32,000 nt of DNA from Candidatus Korarchaeum cryptofilum OPF8 (GTDB taxonomy: Archaea > Korarchaeota > Korarchaeia > Korarchaeales > Korarchaeaceae), in NCBI RefSeq assembly GCF_000019605.1, contig NC_010482.1, positions 1,050,001 through 1,082,000 on the forward strand. The letters run 5' to 3'. Under the pieces are notes generated by a model. It was not told the origin of the DNA. It made no database searches and was given only the letters and a program-made list of their open reading frames with translations. Shown in pieces: positions 24,663 to 32,000 of this stretch. Within the stretch, counting starts at the first letter, position 1, and every line of letters starts with the position of its first letter. Made by a program: the position numbers and the translations under genes.

Positions 24663-26093
24663 GTGGAACTCAGAGTATTAGGAGGAGTCCGGGAGATAGG
24701 AGGAAATAGGATCTTACTGAGATCCTCAAATGAATCCATCTTCTTGGATTATGGCAAGAATTTCCTGAGGGAGGAGGAGTTCTTTCAGAGGCCTTTCATG
24801 TCCCCTTCCTTCAGCGAGGATTACCTCAAGACGGGACTGATAAGCTCGCTGGAGCACGAGAACTTGAGGGGTGTCCTCATAAGCCACGCCCACCAGGACC
24901 ACTGGGGCTACTTGAACCTGTTACCCCAGGGGATAGAGGTCTATATGGGAGAAGCGGCCGGTAAGATAATAGGGGCTAACGTAGAGCTGGGTTACGCTGA
25001 AGAGGTCCTTCACACCATTAGGACCTTCAGGACGGGAGATACCATAAGCCTAGGGGATTTCTCAATCGTGCCGATACACGTTGATCACTCAGTCCCGGGT
25101 TCTTACGGCTTCCTGATAGAGTGCGGTAATATAAAGCTCGCTTATACAGGGGATCTGAGGATGCACGGCCCCAGGAGGGATATGACCCTCGATTTCATAG
25201 ATGAAGCGGCATCTATGGGAGTAGATGCCCTCATAATGGAGGCGACTAAAGTAGCCCCCGAGAACGATCCCGAGACCTCGATAATAAGGCTCCTGGAGAC
25301 AAGGCTCTTCTACAGGTGGGGAGTTGAGCCTCCAAAGAGGATAAAATTCGAGCTATCGAATGAGGAAGAGGTGACTGAGAGGATAAAATCCGTTTGTGAG
25401 GGTTCAGATTCCATTATACTCATAGAGACTTCCTCATCAGATGCCGATAGAATAAGGAGCGTTTTTGAGGCAGCTAAGAAGCTATCTAGAGTCCTCGTGA
25501 TGGATGAGAGGATGGCTTTCATCAATGAGGCGATGAAGGGGGCTGGGATAGATGGATTACCCGGAATCGGAGATTACCTCCTCTGGAGGAGGAAGAGAAG
25601 GGGCGAGGGGGAGGAGAGGACCAGCTCTAGGGAGAGGAGAGGGATGAGGATATTCATAGAGAGGTTTGAGGATCTCTCGGGGGAGGAGGCAATAATTCAG
25701 GGGGAGAGGAGAGCTGAGATATTTAAGGAGCCTCATAATTTCCTTGTCCTCACGAGCAATGCCACCAGATTCCTTTATGAGATCCCCATGGATGCTAAGG
25801 TCAGGCTCGATTTCATACTCAGTAGATCTGAGTCCTTCAGCGAGGAGTCAGCCCTCAGCCTAGATAGGCTGATGAATTGGCTCCTCCTCTATGGTGTGAG
25901 GAGGTACTACAGGATACACGTCTCAGGGCACATGATGCCGGAGCAGATGGGTGAGTTCGTGGAATCGATAAATCCGGGACGCATAATACCCATACATACT
26001 GAGCATCCAGATCTCTTCGACGCCTTCGTCCCTAGGAGGATGAGGGACCTCATAATACTCCCTGAGTATGGTAAATTAATTAAGCTCGGCTGA
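24663..26093 (+). CDS. Metallo-beta-lactamase / beta-CASP family ribonuclease (RNase J-like)
   Basis: HxHxDH motif (ISHAHQDHWG), later Asp/His motifs (YTGDLRMHG, IHVSGH), and length and layout typical of archaeal beta-CASP RNases. Start is GTG 24663, with CCTTAAAAAAG ~25 nt upstream. Confidence 0.7.
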   Translation: MELRVLGGVREIGGNRILLRSSNESIFLDYGKNFLREEEFFQRPFMSPSFSEDYLKTGLISSLEHENLRGVLISHAHQDHWGYLNLLPQGIEVYMGEAAGKIIGANVELGYAEEVLHTIRTFRTGDTISLGDFSIVPIHVDHSVPGSYGFLIECGNIKLAYTGDLRMHGPRRDMTLDFIDEAASMGVDALIMEATKVAPENDPETSIIRLLETRLFYRWGVEPPKRIKFELSNEEEVTERIKSVCEGSDSIILIETSSSDADRIRSVFEAAKKLSRVLVMDERMAFINEAMKGAGIDGLPGIGDYLLWRRKRRGEGEERTSSRERRGMRIFIERFEDLSGEEAIIQGERRAEIFKEPHNFLVLTSNATRFLYEIPMDAKVRLDFILSRSESFSEESALSLDRLMNWLLLYGVRRYYRIHVSGHMMPEQMGEFVESINPGRIIPIHTEHPDLFDAFVPRRMRDLIILPEYGKLIKLG

Positions 26094-26105
26094 GCTCTCA
26101 ACCTT

Positions 26106-27230
26106 ATGTACCCTAAGGAGGAACTGGAGTCTAGGATAAGAAGGTTGAGGAGGTGGATGGCGAGGAGAGACGTTGATCTGAGTCTCTTCGCCTCTGGCCC
26201 AAACATGCTTTACCTCTCTGGGACTATGGAAGCTGAACTCCTAGCTGTGCCCTTAGACGGAGAGCCCTACTTGATAGCTAGATACGCTTTCGGGGATGAG
26301 ATAGCTAGGGAGAGATCTCCCTTCCACGTCGAAGTATTCAAGCCCTACTTCGGGACTAACAGGAAGGAGGTGGAGGAGCCCAACCCATTTAAGGTCCTCC
26401 TAAACACGGAGAAATTGAGAAGAGTTGCTATCGATTTCTCAGGGAGGAAGGAACTCGTTGAGAGGATGAGGAAAGTCTTCAGGAGGGGGAAGAAGAGTGT
26501 GGCTACGATAGATGCGAGGGAGCAACTGAATAGGATGAGATCCGTTAAGAGTGAGTATGAGATAGGGTTGATGAAGGAGAGCGCATCTATCTCAATAAAG
26601 GCCCTCGATTCTGTGGAGATAGCTCCTAGGATGAGCGAGGTAGAGGTAGCTAATAGGCTCGAGTTCAAGATGAGGGAGTTAGGAGCGGATGGGAGCAGCT
26701 TTCCGACGATAGTGGCTAGCGGGATGAACTCATTCAACGCTCATCACATACCGAGTGAGAGGAGGATATCTGAGGGAGATATACTTCTGATAGACTTCGG
26801 GGCGAAGTACAAGGGGTACTGCAGTGATATAACGAGGACCTACTTCATCGGCACTCCCCCTAGCGAATTCATGGAGAGATATGAGGCCGTCCTGAACGCC
26901 CAGATGAGAGCGATGGAATATATGAGGCAAGGGGTAGCCTTCGAGAGGCCCGATATTGAGGCCAGGAAGGTACTGAAGGAAGCTGGCCTTTTGGAGTACT
27001 TCGTCCACTCCCTAGGTCATGGGGTGGGGCTTGAGATACATGAGGATATAAGGCTCCTCGTGGGGAGAGGTGGGCTCATGGAGGAGGGCATGACTGTAAC
27101 GGATGAGCCGGGCATCTATATCAGGGGATGGGGAGGAATAAGGATAGAGGATACGGTACTCGTCAGTAAGAGTAAGGGCATCGCCCTTACAGAGAGGCTA
27201 CCCAAGGATCCGGACTTCCTGAGGAGATAA
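26106..27230 (+). CDS. M24-family Xaa-Pro aminopeptidase/prolidase
   Basis: All pita-bread metal ligands are present: LIDFGAKYKGYCSDITRT (D, D), HSLGHGVGLEIHE (H, E), TDEPGIY (E) and IRIEDTV (E). An N-terminal creatinase-like domain is also present. Confidence 0.88.
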   Translation: MYPKEELESRIRRLRRWMARRDVDLSLFASGPNMLYLSGTMEAELLAVPLDGEPYLIARYAFGDEIARERSPFHVEVFKPYFGTNRKEVEEPNPFKVLLNTEKLRRVAIDFSGRKELVERMRKVFRRGKKSVATIDAREQLNRMRSVKSEYEIGLMKESASISIKALDSVEIAPRMSEVEVANRLEFKMRELGADGSSFPTIVASGMNSFNAHHIPSERRISEGDILLIDFGAKYKGYCSDITRTYFIGTPPSEFMERYEAVLNAQMRAMEYMRQGVAFERPDIEARKVLKEAGLLEYFVHSLGHGVGLEIHEDIRLLVGRGGLMEEGMTVTDEPGIYIRGWGGIRIEDTVLVSKSKGIALTERLPKDPDFLRR

Positions 27231-27232
27231 AG

Positions 27233-28396
27233 TTGAGATGGAGCATAACTGGAGAGGTGATACTGAGGGGGGAGGGAGCTGAGAGAGCGAGGAAGGGTCA
27301 CTTGAACATATACATGAAGTGGTTGAGCTCCATAAGGGGGCCAGTCTCAAACGGAGATCTGGTAATTCTGAAGGACGAATCTGGGGATCCCATAGGCTTA
27401 GGATTTTATGAAGGGATAGGGAGCATAGCTGTCAGGGTGCTATCTCAGGAGCTGGTGAGCCCGGAGGAGTTGATAGAGGATAGATTGAGGGAAGCCCTAA
27501 GTGCCAGGGAGAGGGTTAAGTTGGGGAGCTTCTTCAGATGGGTCCACACGGAAGCGGATAAGCTCCCTGGCCTGATAATAGATGTCTACGACGATATAGC
27601 GGTGATATCCTCGACATCGATAGGAATAGATGCCAGGATCGAGGATATAGCTGAGCTAGTTAGGAAGATATACAGGCCATCCTCGATAATCCTGAGGAAC
27701 GATAGCAGGCCGAGGAGAGAAGTTGGTCTTCCTCTGGAGAGGAGGATCCTATTCGGGGATAAGAAGAGGACTGTGATAAGGGAGGGCTCAGCTATATTTC
27801 ATGTCGATACTATTGAAGGCCAGAAGACCGGTTTCTTCATAGACCAGAGGATGAATAGACTGAAGGTGGAGCGCCTAGCCGGTCCTGGGGATAAGGTGCT
27901 GGATCTCTTCAGTTACACTGGGGGCTTCGGGATTCATGCAGCTCTCTTCGGCGCTAGGGTCACGGCCGTTGAGGAATCGGATTATGCAATAGCTGAGATG
28001 AACGAAAATATGAGATTGAATTCCGTGGAGATGAGAGCGATAAGATCCAGAGCGAGGGAGTTCTTGGAAACCGATGATGATTTATATGACATAGTTATCG
28101 TGGACCCACCCGCTTTCGCACCCAGTAAGGAGAAGATAGATGCCGCTAGGAGAGCTTACGTTGCTCTTAATTCCTCGGCTATGTCTAAAGTGGCCCCGGG
28201 GGGCATAATCATCACATACTCCTGCAGCCTCTTCATCACGAAGGATGAGTTCAGGAAGATCGTGGAAAGGGCTTCCCTACTATCCGGCAGGGAGATAAAG
28301 ATATTGGAGGAGATGGGTCCCTCCCCGGATCATCCATTCGACCCTAAGCACCCCTGGACGCTCTACCTCAAGGGTCTGCAGGCCCTCGTGCTATGA
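27233..28396 (+). CDS. Class I SAM-dependent rRNA m5C methyltransferase, RlmI-like (PUA + MTase, COG1092)
   Basis: Substrate loop QKTGFFIDQRMNR, SAM motif I VLDLFSYTGGFG, IVIVDPPAF (DPP) and catalytic-Cys region TYSCS. Start is TTG 27233, 2 nt after the upstream stop. Confidence 0.8.
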   Translation: MRWSITGEVILRGEGAERARKGHLNIYMKWLSSIRGPVSNGDLVILKDESGDPIGLGFYEGIGSIAVRVLSQELVSPEELIEDRLREALSARERVKLGSFFRWVHTEADKLPGLIIDVYDDIAVISSTSIGIDARIEDIAELVRKIYRPSSIILRNDSRPRREVGLPLERRILFGDKKRTVIREGSAIFHVDTIEGQKTGFFIDQRMNRLKVERLAGPGDKVLDLFSYTGGFGIHAALFGARVTAVEESDYAIAEMNENMRLNSVEMRAIRSRAREFLETDDDLYDIVIVDPPAFAPSKEKIDAARRAYVALNSSAMSKVAPGGIIITYSCSLFITKDEFRKIVERASLLSGREIKILEEMGPSPDHPFDPKHPWTLYLKGLQALVL

Positions 28397-28421
28397 ATGA
28401 GGGCTCCTTGATGCTCTCAAA

Positions 28422-28787
28422 TCAATTGGCGAACTTCAACGAGGCTTCACCCTTCGGCAGTACCCTCGCTCTCCCGAGGAGCAGGTCCCTGACGGCTTCG
28501 CAGAGGATATCTGATGATGTTAGAGCTATCTTAGTCCCGTTCCCCACTAGGGCCTCCACGATATTCGAATCTATCTTATCGCTGACGAAAATATCCGGCT
28601 CCAGCTCCATGATGATCTCGGGAAGGAGCTCCGCTTCCTCCCCTACCTCCAGGAGAGCTATATCCGTGACCAGCCCTAAATCGCTGATCTCAACTATTGC
28701 AATGAATTTTATTTTTTCTAAATTTCCTGAAATTTTACTTAACTTAAGATCGGATTCCAATTCTCCGATAGGAAATATAAGCCTCAT
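28422..28787 (-). CDS. Hypothetical protein (121 aa from ATG 28787; ORF open to 28895), no family recognised
   Basis: The minus-strand translation has genome-typical codons (AGG/AGA, CTC, GAG) and a balanced composition. The overlapping plus-strand ORF is Ser-rich, like the antisense shadow ORFs elsewhere in the track. I prefer ATG 28787 because the TATA-like CTTTATATCG at 28816-28825 lies ~33 nt upstream, and because the 28895 start would sit inside reverse gyrase. Confidence 0.45.
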   Translation of the reverse strand: MRLIFPIGELESDLKLSKISGNLEKIKFIAIVEISDLGLVTDIALLEVGEEAELLPEIIMELEPDIFVSDKIDSNIVEALVGNGTKIALTSSDILCEAVRDLLLGRARVLPKGEASLKFAN

Positions 28788-28815
28788 TCCGACCCTGCTT
28801 TTTCCAAATGAAATC

Positions 28816-28825
28816 GATATAAAGC
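28816..28825. promoter_or_regulatory. TATA-like palindromic block (CGATATAAAG) between the orphan gene and reverse gyrase
   Basis: It is one of two A/T boxes in the 92-nt divergent spacer; the other is TTGATATATC at 28831-28840. The GGTGAT ribosome-binding site at 28870-28875 lies 4 nt before the reverse gyrase ATG. Confidence 0.3.
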
Positions 28826-28879
28826 TCGCCATTGATATATCAGAACCAGGTATGGTCAACTTAATGCGCGGTGATAGCC

Positions 28880-31800
28880 ATGATACCCGCAGCATTCCTA
28901 GGGCTGTGCCCGGGGAGCGAGATCTTCAAAACGCATGAAAGAAGTTCATGCTTGGAAGAGGATCTTAGAGCTATCTCTGAAGAGCTTAAGGACTATAAGA
29001 AGTTCTTCGAATCCTGCATAGGCTCCCCTCCCTGGGAGGCCCAGCTCATGTGGGCCAAGAGGGCCCTAGCCAGGAGGAGTTTCGCTGCCATAGCTCCTAC
29101 TGGTGTTGGAAAAACTGTTTTTGGGCTGATAACTGGATCTTATTTCGCTCATAAGGGGTTCGGAAAATCTTATATGCTATTTCCAACATCCCTGCTCGTA
29201 GATCAAGCTCATTACAACCTGTTAAATTATTCTAAATGCTCGGGAAAGCAGATAAGGGTTATCAGTTACAGGAGTGGGATGAAGGGGAAGGAGGAATTCC
29301 TCTCAGCTCTGGAATCGGGAGATTTCGATATCTTGCTCACTACCTCGCAGTACCTATCGGCCAATCACGAGCTAATAAGAAAGTCCGTGAATAAGTTCTC
29401 GTTTATATTCGTTGATGACGTTGATTCTTTTCTGAAGAACTCGAAAAACGTTGACAAGGTACTACAGCTGATGGGGTTCGATCAGGAGGATATATGGAAT
29501 GCTATGAGGGGGAGGGAAGTGGAAAAGAGGACTGATAGCGTACTAGTGGTCTCCACAGCAACGGGAAGACCTGGGCAGAGAGCCTCACTCTTCAGGTCCC
29601 TCCTAGGTTTTGAGGTAGGGATCATGAGACCCGAGCTCCTCAGGAACATAGCTGATATATATACGAGAGAAAGGAGCGAGCTTAATTCGTTCATGAGGAG
29701 GATGGGGAGCGGCTTCCTCTTATTCCTAGCCAATATGGACCTAGCTGATGAGGCCCTCGAATTGGTTGAATCCGCCGGGTTCAGGGGAGAGGTGATGCAC
29801 GGTTATGAGGAGGATAAAGTGAGGGATTTCAGTGAGGGAAGATTGGATTGCCTTATCGGAGCATCGAAACCTTATGGCGTCTTAGTGAGGGGGATAGATC
29901 TACCGAAGAGGATAAGGTACGTGATCTTCTACGGGGCCCCCAGGTTCGAGATAACCTTGAGGGAAGTAAGCGAGATGGAAGATCCCTCGATCATCTCGCT
30001 CTTCTCCTCTCTATCTAGAGCTCTGGGTAGCGAGGAGAGGAAGTTGGCGATGAAGCTGAGGAGGAACCCGAGTAAAGAAGATATAGGGAGGGCTAGGCAG
30101 ATAATAGAGGACATCTTAAAGGATGAGGAGAAGATAAGCTCTATCTCGAGCTTGGCGGATGTTATTATAGATGTGAGGGGCAGGAGGATATTAATCCCGG
30201 ATATAAGGACCTACCTTCAGGGATCCGGAAGGACATCTAGGCTATATCCTGGCGGAATTACGAGAGGAGCTAGCCTAGTTTGGGATGAGGATCCAGTTCT
30301 CACCTCCTTCATCAAGAAAGCGAGGGCTCAGGAGATAGATTTCCTCCACCTGAGAGAGGTGGATCTGGAGAAGCTCAGATCTGAGATAGATGAGAGCAGA
30401 AGAATCATATCCTCACTTAAGAAGGGATATGAGCTAGCTAATTTACTTAAGACAGCTCTTTTCATTGTTGAGAGCCCAAGCAAGGCCAGAACTATCGCTA
30501 GCTTCTTTGGAAGGCCCAGTAGGAGATTCCTGGATGGTCTCATGGCTTATGAAGTGACTACAGGGGATTACGTGCTTACTATAGTCGCTAGCGGAGGGCA
30601 CATCGTCGACCTAACGACTACTATGGGATATCATGGTGTCTTGATCGAGGATGGAACTTACGTGCCTGCCTACACTTCGATAAAGCGTTGTAATTCTTGC
30701 GGCCATCAGTTCACCGATATGGATCGCTGCCCCAGGTGCGGTTCCACGGATCTTAGGGACAGCAGGAGCGTAGTGGAGAGCCTCAGAAGGCTCAGTTTCG
30801 AGGCATCCAGGGTGATAATAGGGACGGATCCGGATACTGAGGGGGAGAAGATCGCCTGGGATATATACCAGCTAATAATGGATTCCTCCGGGGAGATATA
30901 TAGAGCTGAATTTCACGAGGTGACTAAGAGAGCCATAATCGAGGCCCTAAAGTCCTTGAGGGGAATCAACGAGAGGATGGTCGAGGCTCAGATAGTCAGG
31001 AGGGTGGAGGATAGATGGATAGGGTTCGAACTGAGCGCTGAGGTTCAGAAGAGGTTCGGTAAGAGGAATCTATCGGCTGGAAGGGCCCAGACCCCCGTCT
31101 TAGGGTGGGTGATAGATAGATACAGGGAGCATCAGAATAAGAAGGTAGTGAGCATAATAAAAGGAGATGGACTTCTCCTGAGGGTAGATGGGAGGGTAGG
31201 AGAGGAAGGGGCATCTAAAATCTGGATAAGGGAGCTCAAAATAGAGGAGGAGGTAGTGAAGCCTCCTCCACCATTCACGACGGATGCTATGATAGGGGAG
31301 GCTAACAGGGTCCTGAGGATGAGCGCCAATATGACGATGCAATTAGCGCAATTCCTATTCGAGACGGGTCTCATAACTTACCATAGGACAGATAGCCCGA
31401 GGGTCAGTGATGCCGGCTTCAGAGTAGCCTCTTTAGTCCTGGGGGAGGACTTCGTCCCGAGGAAGTGGGGAGAAGGCGGAGCCCATGAGTGCATAAGGCC
31501 TACGAAACCCCTTTCAGCGAAGGAGCTCATCGATTACGTTAAGGAAGGGATAATTGCCGTGGAAGGCTTGAGTAAGGATCACATAAGGTTGTACGATCTG
31601 ATATTCAGGAGGTTCATCGCCTCCCAATCGAGAGATGGCACCTTAGTGAAGCAAGTAGCTAGCGTCAGAGTGGGGGAAAGCGAGTTCGAGGTGACGAGGT
31701 TGGTAGAGGCTAGGGGAGGGTGGATCGATTGGTATCCCTTCCTCCACATCACGGAGCCCAGGTTAAAGGAGGGGATGGTCGATGTCATCATAGAGCATCA

Positions 31801-32000
31801 GACGGTCCCATCGGTTCCCCTATACACTCAGAGTAACTTAGTGGCACTGATGAAGGAGAGGGGAATCGGAAGACCCTCAACTTACGCTACGATAGTTGAG
31901 AAGATACTTCAGAGGGGCTACGTTATAGAGAGGAATCAGAAGCTCATACCGACGAAGCTGGGGATAGAGGTATACAACTTCCTCAGGGATAGATTCCCCG
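28880..32000 (+). CDS. rgy: Reverse gyrase (helicase-like domain fused to type IA topoisomerase), 5-prime partial; continues beyond the window
   Basis: The frame is open from the stop at 28862-28864 to the window end; I translated it by hand because it is not in the ORF track.
- Helicase part: Walker A APTGVGKT, motif II FVDDVD, motif VI QGSGRTSR.
- Topoisomerase part: Toprim LFIVESPSKA and GTDPDTEGEKIA; Zn finger CNSCGHQFTDMDRCPRCG; catalytic Tyr in LITYHRTDS (codon 31379-31381); C-terminal GIGRPSTYA. Confidence 0.93.
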   Translation, partial: MIPAAFLGLCPGSEIFKTHERSSCLEEDLRAISEELKDYKKFFESCIGSPPWEAQLMWAKRALARRSFAAIAPTGVGKTVFGLITGSYFAHKGFGKSYMLFPTSLLVDQAHYNLLNYSKCSGKQIRVISYRSGMKGKEEFLSALESGDFDILLTTSQYLSANHELIRKSVNKFSFIFVDDVDSFLKNSKNVDKVLQLMGFDQEDIWNAMRGREVEKRTDSVLVVSTATGRPGQRASLFRSLLGFEVGIMRPELLRNIADIYTRERSELNSFMRRMGSGFLLFLANMDLADEALELVESAGFRGEVMHGYEEDKVRDFSEGRLDCLIGASKPYGVLVRGIDLPKRIRYVIFYGAPRFEITLREVSEMEDPSIISLFSSLSRALGSEERKLAMKLRRNPSKEDIGRARQIIEDILKDEEKISSISSLADVIIDVRGRRILIPDIRTYLQGSGRTSRLYPGGITRGASLVWDEDPVLTSFIKKARAQEIDFLHLREVDLEKLRSEIDESRRIISSLKKGYELANLLKTALFIVESPSKARTIASFFGRPSRRFLDGLMAYEVTTGDYVLTIVASGGHIVDLTTTMGYHGVLIEDGTYVPAYTSIKRCNSCGHQFTDMDRCPRCGSTDLRDSRSVVESLRRLSFEASRVIIGTDPDTEGEKIAWDIYQLIMDSSGEIYRAEFHEVTKRAIIEALKSLRGINERMVEAQIVRRVEDRWIGFELSAEVQKRFGKRNLSAGRAQTPVLGWVIDRYREHQNKKVVSIIKGDGLLLRVDGRVGEEGASKIWIRELKIEEEVVKPPPPFTTDAMIGEANRVLRMSANMTMQLAQFLFETGLITYHRTDSPRVSDAGFRVASLVLGEDFVPRKWGEGGAHECIRPTKPLSAKELIDYVKEGIIAVEGLSKDHIRLYDLIFRRFIASQSRDGTLVKQVASVRVGESEFEVTRLVEARGGWIDWYPFLHITEPRLKEGMVDVIIEHQTVPSVPLYTQSNLVALMKERGIGRPSTYATIVEKILQRGYVIERNQKLIPTKLGIEVYNFLRDRFP

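Noticed and set aside
25587-25646. Purine-rich tract (AGGAGGAAGAGAAGGGGCGAGGGGGAGGAGAGG...) that looked like a simple repeat or a ribosome-binding-site cluster.
   Set aside because: It is in frame within the RNase J-like gene and encodes an Arg/Glu-rich linker (RRKRRGEGEERTSSRERRGMR). It has no periodic repeat unit.
28393-28938. 181-aa plus-strand ORF starting with ATGA on the RlmI-like stop codon. It looks like an operon member.
   Set aside because: The product is Ser/Ile/Leu-rich and low in complexity (SGSSSMMISGRSSASSPTSRRAISVTSPKS), like the other antisense shadow ORFs in the track. The opposite strand encodes a protein with genome-typical codon usage. It would also end inside reverse gyrase in the wrong frame. 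I kept it only as an ambiguity note in the findings.
29482-31791. Cluster of 60-83-aa minus-strand ORFs listed in the track across this region.
   Set aside because: All lie antisense to the reverse gyrase reading frame, which is continuous and motif-rich. They appear prominent only because the true gene is missing from the track.
1-32000. Searched for CRISPR repeats, IS or transposase genes, integrases, phage genes, toxin-antitoxin pairs and known defence-system genes.
   Set aside because: None seen. There are no regularly spaced direct repeats, no terminal inverted repeats, and no recombinase-like ORFs. Every large ORF is assignable to housekeeping or transport functions. tRNA-Asn shows no adjacent integrase or duplicated 3-prime tRNA segment.

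Overview
This is a densely coding, mostly housekeeping chromosomal segment from a (hyper)thermophilic archaeon. I found no CRISPR array, IS element, integrase or recognisable defence or toxin module.

The archaeal assignment rests on:
- TFS (transcription factor S) and an AglB/STT3 oligosaccharyltransferase with WWDYG.
- An archaeal-type inositol-1-phosphate synthase and a reverse gyrase.
- A/T-rich TATA-like boxes about 25-35 nt upstream of many starts, GGTGA-type ribosome-binding sites, and many 4-nt ATGA/GTGA gene overlaps.

Gene order, left to right:
- Membrane-protein fragment; NYN/LabA-like protein (-); tfs (+); aroA (-); acetamidase/formamidase plus APC permease operon (-).
- A tightly packed ACT(UPF0237)-UPF0210(DUF711)-ASCH-trxB operon (+), with a second, divergent DUF711-like paralog (-).
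- aglB, then an NDK-like fusion protein, then an HTH regulator (+).
- A six-gene Opp/Dpp-type ABC transporter cluster (+); a small orphan (+); inositol-1-phosphate synthase (-).
- A 324-bp, very AT-rich divergent intergenic region.
- A mevalonate-kinase homolog (+); NAPRTase-family enzyme (-); tRNA-Asn(GUU) (-).
- A beta-CASP/RNase J-like MBL (metallo-beta-lactamase) hydrolase, M24 peptidase and RlmI-like methyltransferase (+); an orphan small protein (-).
- The 5-prime 3.1 kb of reverse gyrase (+). It runs off the right edge and is absent from the supplied ORF track.

Nothing here looks like a clear-cut new multi-gene system. The items most worth a second look are:
1. An NDK-fold protein that keeps every catalytic residue, carries a ~190-aa unrecognised C-terminal domain, and is translationally coupled to aglB.
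2. A mevalonate-kinase homolog in which the catalytic Lys and Asp positions read Gln and Gly.
3. The ~21% G+C divergent control region between the inositol-phosphate synthase and that kinase homolog, which contains short repeats and palindromes.
4. Two DUF711 paralogs flanking an ASCH-TrxR pair.

All family calls come from motif recognition by eye. No database search was run.
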